DNA of 64,000 bases from Mucilaginibacter sp. (lineage in GTDB: Bacteria > Bacteroidota > Bacteroidia > Sphingobacteriales > Sphingobacteriaceae). Location of the stretch: positions 86,889 to 150,888 of the forward strand of contig CBDDBL010000001.1 of the NCBI GenBank assembly GCA_965225845.1. Reading direction: 5' to 3'. The notes beneath the pieces are model-generated. The model was not told the origin of the DNA. It ran no database searches and was given only the letters and a program-made list of their open reading frames with translations. A program made the translations under genes and the position numbers. Positions within the stretch are counted from its first letter, which is position 1. Each line of letters begins with the position of its first letter. Below, piece after piece: positions 1-10,499 of the stretch.

Positions 1-3000
1 TCAGTATCGGCCTTAGCCTGATGGATGCACTGGTTACCGCGGCACGGGTGGAATCCTTAAACTCAAGCCGCAGGTACTCGGCGTTGGTTACAATCAATAT
101 CGCGTTGGCAACCGATACTCCGGTTGACATGATCATCCCCATATAGGATTGCAGATTTAGGGTTGACCCGGTAAGCAGCAACGCGGTTATAGAACCTAAA
201 ATTACCGCCGGAATAGTTACCAAAACAGTAAGTGATAATTTGAACGACTGATAATTTGCCGCCAACAGCAAAAAGATGACCAAAATGGCGAACGCCAGGC
301 CGTTTTGCAAACTGGTTAAGGTATCCGTCAATAAGTTCGACATACCCTCAATGGTTGCCACTAATCCCTTTGGCGGTGTGCCTAATGATTTTACCACCTT
401 CTGCACATCGGTGGTTGATGTACCCAAATCTTTTTTACTGATATTGGCACTAATGGTAATATATCGCCGCGGGCCGGTACGGTCATATTCAGCAGGGGTG
501 TAAACCTGTTTAAAGGTAGCAACATCAGCTAATGTTGGGCTGCTTTGGCCTTTTACCAGCGGGATCTCTTGCAAAGCGCTCATCGAATTCATGGCATATT
601 CCGGTATTTCGGCCTGTACCTGGTAGGTATAGGAGTTGTTCTCATCCAGCCATAAATTTTTGGTTGTATAACGGCTTGAGGAAGTACTCGCCGTAACCGA
701 CCGTGCTACATCACTTACATTTAACCCTAGTTGTGAGATCTTTAAACGGTCAAGCGTTATGGCGATCACCGGGTAATCCAATGGCTGATTGATCTGCACA
801 TCGCGCAAGTATGGGATCTTTTTCAACTTGGCCAAAACCTTATCACTATAGGTTTTTATCTGTTGCAGATCCTTCCCGGCAACCTGCACCTCAATTGGTG
901 TGTTCGCACCCTGGCTCATTATCTTCTCCGTCATGTCGATGGGCTCAAAGCTAATAGTCATTTCAGGTATAGCGGCGGCGATGTTTTTACGCAAAGCATC
1001 TTTCAGGTCATCCATATTTATATGGTAATCCTCGTCAAGGTTTACCTGTAAAACGGCTTCGTGCGTGCCTGTGTTAAATACATATAGGTTACTGCTACCG
1101 AAGCTGCTCGGCACCAAACCAATATATCCCGATGTGATCTTTACATGATGATTTACTGTTTTATCGATGATCTGTAAAACCTCTTTAAACTTATCTTCGG
1201 TAACTTCAAGGCGAGTACCCTGCGGTTCATCAAGCCGAACCTGGAATTGCCCGTTGTTCAGTTTTGGCATCATATCCTTACCAATGATCACAAAGCCAAC
1301 TGCGGCCAAACCGATAACCACAACCAAATAAACCAGAATAATAGATTTTTTCCTCGGCATCAGCTTATCCAAAATCAGGATAAATCGAAGTTTTACCCGT
1401 TCTAAAAAATCGTTATTCTCGGGTTCTTTTTCTTCTTTTTCCAAGTGCTCATTGATCTGGGCTTGTTCCATCACGTTAAAATCTTCGCCGGCATGCGCAT
1501 GCGGCTTGCCATGATGATATTGGTAACGTTCAGCCTTAATCATCCAGTTACTCAATATCGGCACCAAGGTTTGCGCTAATATGTACGATACGATCATCGT
1601 TAAACCTATCGACATGGAAAGCGGCAAAAACATGGCTTTAGGTACACCATTCATCATAAATGATGGTGCAAATACCGCGAGGATACATAGCAATATCAGT
1701 AATAAAGGGAACGAGATCTCTTCGCAGGCATCAAAAATGGCTTTTCGTTTGGGTTTCCCCATTTCCAAATGCTGGTGAATGTTTTCAATGGTCACCGTTG
1801 CCTGGTCGACGAGGATACCAATGGCAAGCGCCAAACCACTCAAAGTCATGATATTGATCGTCTGCCCGAATAAGCTTAACAATAAAACACCTATTAATAT
1901 AGAAACAGGAATCGTGATCACCACAATTAAACTGCTTCGCCAGTCGCGCAGAAAAAGCAGCACCATTAAGCCGGTTAGTAAAGCGCCCAGGCCACCTTCA
2001 GTCATTAAGCTTTTTACGGAGTTTACCACCGCTACAGATTGGTCAAACTCATAAGAAATCTTTACATCGTTCGGCAGCAAATTTTGCATTTCGGGTAATT
2101 TGCTTTTTAAATTCTGCACTACCGACCAGGTTGAAGCCGAAGCTGTTTTAACAACCGGGATATAAACCGAGCGCTTGCCGTTAATAAGCGCGTAATCCAC
2201 GGTAATATCTGCAGCATCGGTAACACGGGCCAGGTCTTTAATGTAGATAGGCACCCCATTTTTAGTGATAACCGGGATGTTACCAAAGTTGTCCGAGCTT
2301 TTGATCAGCGAGTTCATCGTGGTTAAAAACATCGTGTTATCTATCCTGATGTTGCCTGATGGTGCCATTACGTTGTATTTGGCTAAAGCATCTACCACCT
2401 GATCCGGCGTTAAATTAAAGCTGCGCAATTTATCAGGGTCGATGCTGAGGATAATAGACCGGGCATTGGAGCCAAATGGCGGCGGAGCTGATAAACCCGG
2501 AATAGTAGCAAACATCGGGCGGATGCGTGTTGCCGCCAAATCGTAAATATCCTTCAGGTTCTCTGTTTTACTATCCAGAACCAATTCACCAACGGGTAAG
2601 GATGACGCGTCATACCTGATCACCTGGGGTGGCAATGCCCCCGGCGGAAAGAAACTTTGCGCACGGTTGACCTGCAAGGCTACCTGTGCCGAGGCTTCGG
2701 CCATATTGGTGCTTTCGTAAAATGAGATCTTTACAATAGTTAAACCCTGTATGCTTTTACTGCTGATGTTTTTTACTCCATCAACATATAAAAACTGGTT
2801 TTGCAAACCGGTGGCAAAAAAGCCCTCCATTTGCTGCGGCGACATGCCACCGTATGATTCGATTACATAAATTGTAGGAAGGTTAAGCTTCGGGAAAATA
2901 TCTATCGGTATATTGATTGCACTGAGCACTGCAAAAATTAAAAGGCTCGCGGTTATCACAATAACGGTGATAGGCCTTTTCAGTGCGGATGTGACCATTG

Positions 3001-3004
3001 ACAT
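1..3004 (-). CDS. Efflux RND transporter permease subunit (AcrB/CusA family); the 3' end runs off the window
   Basis: Not in the ORF track because there is no stop in the window. Manual translation from ATG 3004: MSMVTSALKRPITVIVITASLLIFAVLSAINIPIDIFPKLNLPTIYV...; TM4-type motif LALAIGILVDQATVTIENIHQHL; directly follows a TolC gene. Confidence 0.95.
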   Translation of the reverse strand, partial: MSMVTSALKRPITVIVITASLLIFAVLSAINIPIDIFPKLNLPTIYVIESYGGMSPQQMEGFFATGLQNQFLYVDGVKNISSKSIQGLTIVKISFYESTNMAEASAQVALQVNRAQSFFPPGALPPQVIRYDASSLPVGELVLDSKTENLKDIYDLAATRIRPMFATIPGLSAPPPFGSNARSIILSIDPDKLRSFNLTPDQVVDALAKYNVMAPSGNIRIDNTMFLTTMNSLIKSSDNFGNIPVITKNGVPIYIKDLARVTDAADITVDYALINGKRSVYIPVVKTASASTWSVVQNLKSKLPEMQNLLPNDVKISYEFDQSVAVVNSVKSLMTEGGLGALLTGLMVLLFLRDWRSSLIVVITIPVSILIGVLLLSLFGQTINIMTLSGLALAIGILVDQATVTIENIHQHLEMGKPKRKAIFDACEEISFPLLLILLCILAVFAPSFMMNGVPKAMFLPLSMSIGLTMIVSYILAQTLVPILSNWMIKAERYQYHHGKPHAHAGEDFNVMEQAQINEHLEKEEKEPENNDFLERVKLRFILILDKLMPRKKSIILVYLVVVIGLAAVGFVIIGKDMMPKLNNGQFQVRLDEPQGTRLEVTEDKFKEVLQIIDKTVNHHVKITSGYIGLVPSSFGSSNLYVFNTGTHEAVLQVNLDEDYHINMDDLKDALRKNIAAAIPEMTISFEPIDMTEKIMSQGANTPIEVQVAGKDLQQIKTYSDKVLAKLKKIPYLRDVQINQPLDYPVIAITLDRLKISQLGLNVSDVARSVTASTSSSRYTTKNLWLDENNSYTYQVQAEIPEYAMNSMSALQEIPLVKGQSSPTLADVATFKQVYTPAEYDRTGPRRYITISANISKKDLGTSTTDVQKVVKSLGTPPKGLVATIEGMSNLLTDTLTSLQNGLAFAILVIFLLLAANYQSFKLSLTVLVTIPAVILGSITALLLTGSTLNLQSYMGMIMSTGVSVANAILIVTNAEYLRLEFKDSTRAAVTSASIRLRPIL

Positions 3005-3010
3005 AGTTAA

Positions 3011-4393
3011 TTATTTTAATAAGTTTAAAACTGTATTTACCTGGTTCTCGGTAATGGCTTTTTGGAAAAGCGCATTCGAGTAATCATATTTGGCCTGCAT
3101 GTAATCCGTCTCAGCACGATAAAGAATATTCAGCGAAGCATCCAACGTTATAATATCTGACAATCCATTTTTATAAAGCGATAGATTTTGTCTATAACTA
3201 TCATTCGCCGCTTTAAGCTGTTTAGGAATTTCCTTCAACCTGTTTATAGCTGTTTCCATTTCAACATCTGCCTGGTTGGCGCTAACATCCAGCAACTGCT
3301 GTTGTTCCTGCAATTTTTTAAGCGAGTAATCGGTGCTGGCTTGCTGCGTGCGCAATTTTAATTGCCTGCGGCGAAGATCAAACAGGTTATAGGATATACC
3401 GATCCCTACCAGGTAATTACCTCGCTGATAACCGTAGCCTGATGAAAGGCTGTTATACTGCCCGGCATCATCCACACTTGAAGCCCGTCCCCACGCTGCA
3501 GCCAGGAGCGAGATCTTAGGATTATACATTTTCTTAACCAAATCCTCGCGTTGCAGGTTATTTTGATACACAGAACGGTAGTAATTAATCAATGGATGAT
3601 TACTGGTATCAACAGGGAATAAGTTAGCGCTGGGCTGACCAATTAAGGTTACCTCAACTGTGGTATCCGGCAAAATTGATTGATACGGAAAACCGCTAAC
3701 CGATGAAAGCTGCAATTGTACTTGTTTAAGCTGGTTAACCACTTCGATATAATTTAACCGTGCTTTGGATAGTTCAGCTTGCGCGATGCTGGTATCAACA
3801 CCGGCCCTCACACCGCTTTTAGCCAGCGACATGATGGAGCGTAAGATTTGCTGTGTGCGATCTACATTCCGGAACTGAATGCTTAATAAATCCTGCAAAC
3901 GCAGCAATTGCAAATAATTGCTGATGGTATAAGCCCGCAGATCATATTTTGATTGCGCGTATTGGTTTTGCTGAACGGTCACATCCGAATTGGCAACCTT
4001 GTTTTGCGCGCCATATTTGCCGAAATTGTAAACTTCCCAGTTCAATTCGGCTATACCCAGGTTATCTGACATGGCAGTGTTAACGCTTGTGCTATGAATA
4101 CCACCAGAACTTGAAGGAATAACACCAAAGCCAAAATATGGCCCGGTTACGTTATTGCTGGAGCCAATATCGGCCTGGTAATTTAAATTAAGATCGGGCA
4201 ACCAGTTGCTGCGCGTTTCAGCCGCCTGGTCCTGCCTTATTTTTATTGCCGCTGAATCGGTGATCAGTTGCGGCGCCCTTTGATCAACGCTGTTTAATAA
4301 TTGCCTTAGCGTTATGGCAGGTTGCTGTGCATTTGAGGCTAAAGCCATAGTAAATAACAGCAGCGCGCAAAAGCATTTTTTTAAAATATGCAT
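3011..4393 (-). CDS. TolC family outer-membrane efflux protein
   Basis: Signal peptide; two helical OEP-like repeats (SNWLPDLNL..., YKNGLSDIITL...); 6 bp upstream of the RND permease. Confidence 0.9.
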   Translation of the reverse strand: MHILKKCFCALLLFTMALASNAQQPAITLRQLLNSVDQRAPQLITDSAAIKIRQDQAAETRSNWLPDLNLNYQADIGSSNNVTGPYFGFGVIPSSSGGIHSTSVNTAMSDNLGIAELNWEVYNFGKYGAQNKVANSDVTVQQNQYAQSKYDLRAYTISNYLQLLRLQDLLSIQFRNVDRTQQILRSIMSLAKSGVRAGVDTSIAQAELSKARLNYIEVVNQLKQVQLQLSSVSGFPYQSILPDTTVEVTLIGQPSANLFPVDTSNHPLINYYRSVYQNNLQREDLVKKMYNPKISLLAAAWGRASSVDDAGQYNSLSSGYGYQRGNYLVGIGISYNLFDLRRRQLKLRTQQASTDYSLKKLQEQQQLLDVSANQADVEMETAINRLKEIPKQLKAANDSYRQNLSLYKNGLSDIITLDASLNILYRAETDYMQAKYDYSNALFQKAITENQVNTVLNLLK

Positions 4394-4563
4394 GATTTTG
4401 TTAAATAAATCACTTACAGCTAGTTACAAGCTTAATTATGCTTATAAACTATCGGATAAATAAAGTTGTTATGGAAATTAAAGGCATGTTTTTTAATGCC
4501 CTGTTCTGATAAATCTTTGGAGTTTTTCTGCGCATGGATTGTTTAATCGGCAGAAATAAAATA

Positions 4564-4953
4564 TCAGATCCGGAAGGTGCAGAGTGTTAAGTAAGCGTAT
4601 TGTTTGTTTTGGAATTTATAAGAATCCCATGCAAAAAGAGTTTTTTTACGCTTTAAAGCATCAAAAAATAAAATAAGCAGTAAAAAAGAGTTGCCTAAAA
4701 CAAAACATACAGCAGCAAACGACAGCGTTTTTTCATCAATTGTGCATTTATCAATGCGCCTGATCTGGAAAATAACCGGTATTGCTGAAGCAACAGCGTT
4801 ATTTTTAACAACGGCAGCGTGAGTAATTTTTACAGAATAATCGCCTCCGCCATGCGGAGCCAGCAGCAAAATATGCGTTGCAGTTATAAAAACATAAACA
4901 AGCAGCAAAAACATTACTTGCCAGTTAAATCCATTTATGCCTTTATTTTTCAT
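4564..4953 (-). CDS. Small hypothetical membrane protein upstream of the efflux operon
   Basis: 129 aa; two hydrophobic segments; C-terminus AYLTLCTFRI; co-oriented with tolC/RND. Confidence 0.65.
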   Translation of the reverse strand: MKNKGINGFNWQVMFLLLVYVFITATHILLLAPHGGGDYSVKITHAAVVKNNAVASAIPVIFQIRRIDKCTIDEKTLSFAAVCFVLGNSFLLLILFFDALKRKKTLFAWDSYKFQNKQYAYLTLCTFRI

Positions 4954-5043
4954 TACGCCTTTTAAACGACTTTGATGTACAAATGTGTTACCAAATCAGC
5001 TAATTAACCAATTGTATCAATAAAGTTACATATAAATTAGACC

Positions 5044-5072
5044 AAAAAAAAGCCCTCCGTAATACGGAAGGC
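5044..5072 (-). terminator. Rho-independent terminator of the OmpA-family gene
   Basis: Minus strand reads GCCTTCCGTATTACGGAGGGC followed by a run of 8 T, about 25 bp after the stop at 5097. Confidence 0.8.
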
Positions 5073-5096
5073 CTCAATTATTTTTTTTAACTACTA

Positions 5097-6824
5097 TTAG
5101 TTCTGAGCTAATTTAGTCATCCTGGTGTCGGTTTCTTTTACTGTAAATTCCACACGCCTGTTTAACTGCCTGCCGTCTGGATTATCCTGGCCATTTGGCA
5201 ATGTGTTGGGAGCAATTGGTTTAGCTTTTCCATAACCTATTGCCGAGATACGCGCATTGCTGATGCCTTTTCTGATCAAGTACTCAGAGCATAGTTTAGC
5301 TCTTTCCTGTGACAATTTCAAGTTGTAAGCGTCGCTGCCTACTGAATCTGTATGCGCTGTAAGTATAACTGTTAATTTAGGCTGATCTTGTAATTGCTTA
5401 ACCAATGAGTCAAGTACAGGTATGGCTTCTGCTCTTAAGCTTGCGTGGCCAAAATCATACAGGATTTTGTTTTCCATAACAACTGACTGGCCGTTGCCAT
5501 CGATGCCCGGATTAGCCGCCATTGACGATTGTTGTGACATAATTGGCTCCAGGCTAACAGCCGGGCTTAAAAATGTACCGCCTGTAGCTGATCCCGAACC
5601 CATACCGTCAGCAGACATGCCGCTCGTGGCATATGCGCCCGAATTCATTGCTGATGCTGAACCTGTATTTGAATTACCTGTCGATGAACCAGAACTGTTT
5701 CCATTACCAGATACTGAACCATTGTTCAAATTACCTGCTGACGAACCTGAACCATTTCCAGTAGCAGAACCGTTGTTTGCAGCAAAGCCTGAACCAACTC
5801 CCTGGCCTGCACCAATTGCAGCACCATTAATTGAATTGGCACCTACACCTGCGCCTTGTGCTAAGCTTTTAGTGATAAAGCCCTTTTTCTCAACCCTGAT
5901 GCTAAATGGACGATTATTTTCTACCAGGAACTGATATACACCATTTACATCTGTTAAGGTTTGTTTAACTGTTTGTTGTGTTAATGAATCAACATAAGTT
6001 ATAGTAACATCTGTCTCAGGTGTGTGTAATGTACTGTTGATTACAGTACCTTTAAATATATATGGTTTAAAATGAGCAATTGCGTTTGGAGTTGGCTGGT
6101 CAAGCTCCGGATTATTGATATGATCGTAATCATTAAATGCAGCTATAATACCTTTAGATTCTTTTTGAGAAGTGAAGATCGTACGCTTGCAAAGCGTTGC
6201 GATCCTGTCATATAAGGAAGCGCCGTCAACAGTTGGTTCGTTGCCGTATGATCCGTCATGATATTTTTGCAGTACCTGCGGAGTATCTTTAAAATATGCT
6301 GATAAGCCATAACCATACGCGTTGTGGAAATGCTTAGCACCATCTTTTTTAAATAATATTCTGTATTTGATTGATTGGCCATCGTTAGCAACTTCTGTTC
6401 GTTCGCCTGTTTTATCGCCAAAATCAAATATTTCAGGAGGATAAGAATAATATATATAAGATACAATACGGCCGTTTGACACACGCTCTAACATGTGGTA
6501 GTTGTTAACCAATGTTCTTAGATTGATATAAGACTGATCAATGTAATGTACACGTACAAATGTGCGCGACCCAACCTGGTAGGATTTCATCTGAGATGAA
6601 AAATATTTTTTTGCATGAGTTTTAGGATCAGCGGCATATGCGGCAGAATCTTTAAACCAAATAAAACGCTGGTTTTTCCATGGCGCATTTTTATAGAGCT
6701 TAATTAAGCCACTAACTTGTTTACCATCTTTTAAGATGATGTAACCCGGCTGGTAATCATCTGCCTTGCAGACAGCCAAAAAGAGTGTGAATAATAAGAC
6801 CGTTAAAAAGTAAATTTTTTTCAT
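5097..6824 (-). CDS. OmpA family protein: unknown N-terminal domain, carboxypeptidase-regulatory-like domain, G/S/N-rich linker and C-terminal OmpA peptidoglycan-binding domain
   Basis: Signal peptide; C-terminal motifs ILYDFGHASLR, HTDSVGSDAYNLKLSQERA, GYGKAKP, NRRVEF. Confidence 0.9.
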   Translation of the reverse strand: MKKIYFLTVLLFTLFLAVCKADDYQPGYIILKDGKQVSGLIKLYKNAPWKNQRFIWFKDSAAYAADPKTHAKKYFSSQMKSYQVGSRTFVRVHYIDQSYINLRTLVNNYHMLERVSNGRIVSYIYYSYPPEIFDFGDKTGERTEVANDGQSIKYRILFKKDGAKHFHNAYGYGLSAYFKDTPQVLQKYHDGSYGNEPTVDGASLYDRIATLCKRTIFTSQKESKGIIAAFNDYDHINNPELDQPTPNAIAHFKPYIFKGTVINSTLHTPETDVTITYVDSLTQQTVKQTLTDVNGVYQFLVENNRPFSIRVEKKGFITKSLAQGAGVGANSINGAAIGAGQGVGSGFAANNGSATGNGSGSSAGNLNNGSVSGNGNSSGSSTGNSNTGSASAMNSGAYATSGMSADGMGSGSATGGTFLSPAVSLEPIMSQQSSMAANPGIDGNGQSVVMENKILYDFGHASLRAEAIPVLDSLVKQLQDQPKLTVILTAHTDSVGSDAYNLKLSQERAKLCSEYLIRKGISNARISAIGYGKAKPIAPNTLPNGQDNPDGRQLNRRVEFTVKETDTRMTKLAQN

Positions 6825-6867
6825 GTTAAAGTTGGTTGGTACGCAATAAGCAATTATCTTATCTATT

Positions 6868-6892
6868 TACGATGTATTAAATTTCTCGTTTC
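6868..6892 (-). promoter_or_regulatory. Putative ECF-sigma promoter GAAAC-N16-CGTA
   Basis: GAAAC (6892-6888), 16-nt spacer, CGTA (6871-6868), 43 nt before the ATG of the OmpA gene. Confidence 0.45.
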
Positions 6893-7427
6893 TACGTGTT
6901 AACAAACTCAAAAGTTACTAACAAATTAACATGGCTTTAACTTTTCGTAATATGATCACATAAAACCTGCTGTAAACGTTGATTCTTCCTTACACATCAA
7001 TAGAATTTAAATGTTAAAAACTTCTAACATAAAACTTGAAATATAGCCGACAGTAATTTATTTAAAGCCGGGCGAAGCTAAAAACATTGGGATAAATTTC
7101 AGTAATGAAATGTGAAGCGGAATCCGTTTGAATAAAAATCATTAAAAATTACCGGTTATTCTTTGAATATGGCTCATTTTTAATATCCGTGGGCACATGT
7201 ATTTGTACAAAAAAATAATGGTCAGCAACATATCTTTATCAATAAATCCTTCTCTATAGCTAAACAAGTGCTATTTTTAATATTACCACAATAGCGTGGC
7301 TGCATCAGCATGCCTTACAGATATTTAAACGAAAAATGTAACAGCTTAGTTACTCAGATTTTATTTTATTTATCTCTAGATTTTTAGCTTCGGCCATTGT
7401 ATTTGAATAACCAAAACCCTTGGCTTA

Positions 7428-7455
7428 AATAAATGAGGCCAAGCCCTCATTTATT
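7428..7455. terminator. Hairpin/terminator downstream of tatC
   Basis: Perfect 11-bp stem AATAAATGAGG-ccaagc-CCTCATTTATT, about 30 bp after the tatC stop. Confidence 0.65.
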
Positions 7456-7486
7456 ACGGAGTATAATTTAAAAAAAGATTTCCGGA

Positions 7487-8338
7487 TTAGGACTCCATGA
7501 TCTCTTCGTGCTTTTTAAGGCGGCGTTTTTCAACAACAGAGGCTACAACAATCCCTACTTCGTATAATGCGAATAATGGCACCGTCGCGATCATCGTAGT
7601 TAAAAAATCTGGTGAAGGAGATATGATGGCACCAATGATAAGCAATATCACAACAGAATACCGGCGCGTTTTACGCATAAATGTACCTGTTAGTATGCCA
7701 ATGGAAGCCAGGATATAGATAAGGATAGGAAGCTCGAAAACAATGCCTATAATGAGCGTAATGGTGGCTACCATGGATAGGTAGGAACTAATAGTGAACT
7801 GGTTTTGAATAATAGGGCTAATACTGTAACCGGCTAAAAATGCAATTGACTCTGGCGCGATAACATAATAGCCAAATAAAATACCGACAACAAAAAGTAT
7901 AGAGGCATAAAATACAAAACCGCTGGCTGCCCGGCGTTCTTTATCCAACAAGGCTGGTTTTATAAAGCGCCATAGTTCCCACAAAATATAAGGCACAGCT
8001 ACAATAATGCCCATTAGTATGGTTGAGTTCAGCTTCATCATAAACTGGCCCGCCATATCGGTATTGATGATGTTACCATTAATGTGCGTAATGCAAAATG
8101 AGTTGCCGAACTTACACATCATACGATAGGTCCAAAAATCACCACTGAACGGAGCCATGATGATCTTGTTAAAGATAAAATCGTAATAATACCAGGCTAA
8201 ACCGGTAAAAATAACAACACTTATGGCGGCGCGCATCAAATGCCAGCGTAAAGCCTCCAAATGATCGAAGAAAGACATTTCTGCCTCTAACGTAGTACCT
8301 TTTTCCTTTACTGCTTTTATCAGATCTTGTCCGGCCAT
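7487..8338 (-). CDS. tatC: Twin-arginine translocase subunit TatC
   Basis: MSFFDHLEALRWHL, ELWRFIKPALL, VFELP, AIISPSPD, LYE motifs. Confidence 0.97.
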   Translation of the reverse strand: MAGQDLIKAVKEKGTTLEAEMSFFDHLEALRWHLMRAAISVVIFTGLAWYYYDFIFNKIIMAPFSGDFWTYRMMCKFGNSFCITHINGNIINTDMAGQFMMKLNSTILMGIIVAVPYILWELWRFIKPALLDKERRAASGFVFYASILFVVGILFGYYVIAPESIAFLAGYSISPIIQNQFTISSYLSMVATITLIIGIVFELPILIYILASIGILTGTFMRKTRRYSVVILLIIGAIISPSPDFLTTMIATVPLFALYEVGIVVASVVEKRRLKKHEEIMES

Positions 8339-8409
8339 TTGGTTTTGTTGAATTCTTCTGTATAACGTTAAAACGTTACTTACGTTTTAACTGAACGCTT
8401 CAGTTTTAA

Positions 8410-9750
8410 TTATTCCGAGTATTCAAATGTTTCCATAAATTTGGTCGTAAAATTACCCGCGCGGAAGTTAGGGTCCTGCAGTAATTTTAAATGGAAAGGA
8501 ATAGTTGTTTTAACACCCTCGATAACAAATTCGCTTAAGGCGCGTTCCATCGTGCTCAGTGCTTCTTCGCGGGTTTGTGCCACGCAAATAACCTTTGCTA
8601 TCATGGAATCGTAATTAGGCGGGATAACATAGCCAGTATATACGTGAGTATCTATACGCACGCCGTGACCACCAGGTGAGTGGAAATTAGTGATCTTACC
8701 CGGTGAAGGGCGGAAGTTATTAAACGGGTCTTCGGCATTGATACGGCACTCAATAGCATGCATGGTGGGCTCGTAGTTTTTCCCTGATATTGGGATGCCG
8801 GCGGCAACCTTAATTTGTTCTTTTATTAAATCGAAGTTGATCACCTCTTCAGTAACCGGGTGTTCCACCTGAATACGGGTATTCATTTCCATAAAATAAA
8901 AGTTTCGGTCTTTATCAACCAAAAACTCAACAGTACCGGCTCCTTCATACTTAACAGCTTTAGCACCTTTAATAGCAGCCTCACCCATTTTTTTACGAAG
9001 TTTTTCAGTCATGAATGGAGAAGGAGATTCTTCAACCAATTTTTGGTGACGGCGTTGTATAGAGCAATCGCGTTCAGACAAATGGCAAACTTTACCATAT
9101 TGATCACCTACGACCTGTATTTCGATATGGCGTGGATCCTGAACATATTTTTCAAGGTACATGCCATCGTTTCCGAATGCCGCGCCTGATTCTGCCCTGG
9201 CTGAATCCCAGGCAGCTTCAAATTCTTCGTCTTTCCAAACAATACGCATACCACGGCCACCGCCACCAGCAGTTGCTTTCAATATTACAGGGTAACCTAT
9301 TTTTTTAGAGATAGCGATACCTTCTTTTACACTGGTTAACAAACCATCAGAACCAGGAACGATAGGTACACCAGCCTTTTTCATGGTATCTTTAGCCGAA
9401 GCTTTATCACCCATAGAATTGATCTGCGCGGCGGTAGCTCCTATAAATTTGATACCGTATTCGGCACAAATAGCTGAAAATTTCGCATTTTCTGACAAGA
9501 AACCATAACCAGGATGGATCGCATCGGCATTGGTTAATTCAGCGGCTGAAATAATATTAGGAATATTTAAGTAAGAATCACGGCTTGGCGGCGGGCCGAT
9601 ACATACAGCCTCATCGGCAAAACGCACGTGCAGGCTATCGCGATCTGCAGTAGAATAAACAGCTACAGTTTTAATACCCATTTCCTTACAGGTACGAATA
9701 ATTCGTAAGGCTATTTCACCGCGGTTAGCTATTAATATTTTTTTAAACAT
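8410..9750 (-). CDS. accC: Acetyl-CoA carboxylase, biotin carboxylase subunit
   Basis: Start reassigned to ATG 9750 ([16 protein letters not shown]); [28 protein letters not shown] motifs. Confidence 0.98.
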   Translation of the reverse strand: MFKKILIANRGEIALRIIRTCKEMGIKTVAVYSTADRDSLHVRFADEAVCIGPPPSRDSYLNIPNIISAAELTNADAIHPGYGFLSENAKFSAICAEYGIKFIGATAAQINSMGDKASAKDTMKKAGVPIVPGSDGLLTSVKEGIAISKKIGYPVILKATAGGGGRGMRIVWKDEEFEAAWDSARAESGAAFGNDGMYLEKYVQDPRHIEIQVVGDQYGKVCHLSERDCSIQRRHQKLVEESPSPFMTEKLRKKMGEAAIKGAKAVKYEGAGTVEFLVDKDRNFYFMEMNTRIQVEHPVTEEVINFDLIKEQIKVAAGIPISGKNYEPTMHAIECRINAEDPFNNFRPSPGKITNFHSPGGHGVRIDTHVYTGYVIPPNYDSMIAKVICVAQTREEALSTMERALSEFVIEGVKTTIPFHLKLLQDPNFRAGNFTTKFMETFEYSE

Positions 9751-9870
9751 AGTTTGATCATTTTTTACATCATCTACGGTTATTGATGTCATAGCTATTT
9801 TTTTAAGAACTAAATGAAATTATATTACCAATAAGCAGATGTTGTTCATCCTCAAATAAAAGGACAATAC

Positions 9871-10353
9871 TTATTTAGGCTCAACTAAAAACAACGGTTG
9901 GTCATACTCAACAGGCGAAGCATTATCGACCAAAATTTTAACAATACGGCCTGAAACTTCAGATTCGATCTCGTTAAACAGTTTCATCGCTTCGATGATA
10001 CAAAGTACATTTCCTTCGCTTATCTCATCGCCAACATTAACCAGCATTGGTTTTTCCGGGCTTGCTGAACGATAAAAAGTACCGATCATCGGAGATTTAA
10101 CGGTAATGTATTTTGATGTGTCATCAGCAGCAGGGGCTGCCGGTGCGGCGGCAGCAACATGCGCAATCGGATCAACGGGGGCAGGCGCGGCAGCCGCAGC
10201 TAAAGGCTGGGCATAAGGTACAGTAGCATTAACTATAGTAGCGGCCTGGTTAGTTTTAATGGTAATTTTAAACTCATTCTGCTCAATAGCAACTTCGTTT
10301 ACTCCAGATTTGGCAACAAAGCGAATTAGGTCTTGTATTTGTTTAATGTCCAT
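9871..10353 (-). CDS. accB: Acetyl-CoA carboxylase biotin carboxyl carrier protein
   Basis: EAMKLFNEI biotinyl-lysine motif; Ala/Pro linker; adjacent to accC. Confidence 0.98.
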   Translation of the reverse strand: MDIKQIQDLIRFVAKSGVNEVAIEQNEFKITIKTNQAATIVNATVPYAQPLAAAAAPAPVDPIAHVAAAAPAAPAADDTSKYITVKSPMIGTFYRSASPEKPMLVNVGDEISEGNVLCIIEAMKLFNEIESEVSGRIVKILVDNASPVEYDQPLFLVEPK

Positions 10354-10394
10354 GCTGAGGAATTGAATTTGGTTTTAGTTAAAATGCTATAATG

Positions 10395-10426
10395 ATTTGC
10401 AAATGTGCATAAGCAAATGTGCAAAT
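10395..10426. repeat. Short array of the degenerate octamer AT(G/T/A)TGCA(A/G)
   Basis: ATTTGCAA-ATGTGCAT-aagcaa-ATGTGCAA; the same unit occurs at 34519-34638 and 36295-36439. Confidence 0.6.
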
Positions 10427-10499
10427 TTTAAATAGTTTAATAATTAGTGTATTGCATTTAACAATGCAATTTTAATAATGTTTATAACAAAAGGCTGTA

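Noticed and set aside
276-2054. Plus-strand ORFs of 62-91 aa in the ORF track
   Set aside because: They are antisense shadows of the RND permease, which occupies 1-3004 on the minus strand.
5422-5934. 170-aa Pro/Glu-rich plus-strand ORF
   Set aside because: It is an antisense by-product of the low-complexity G/S/N linker of the OmpA gene.
6900-7420. Long AT-rich intergenic region as a hidden gene or ncRNA
   Set aside because: No ORF with credible composition and no stable structure beyond the tatC hairpin could be seen by eye.
9751-9792. N-terminal extensions in the ORF track (accC, yceD, rlmI, ahcY, DUF4097, DUF2723, 16704 ORF)
   Set aside because: Conserved N-termini, signal peptides or -7 promoter boxes place the real starts downstream; starts were adjusted in the feature list.
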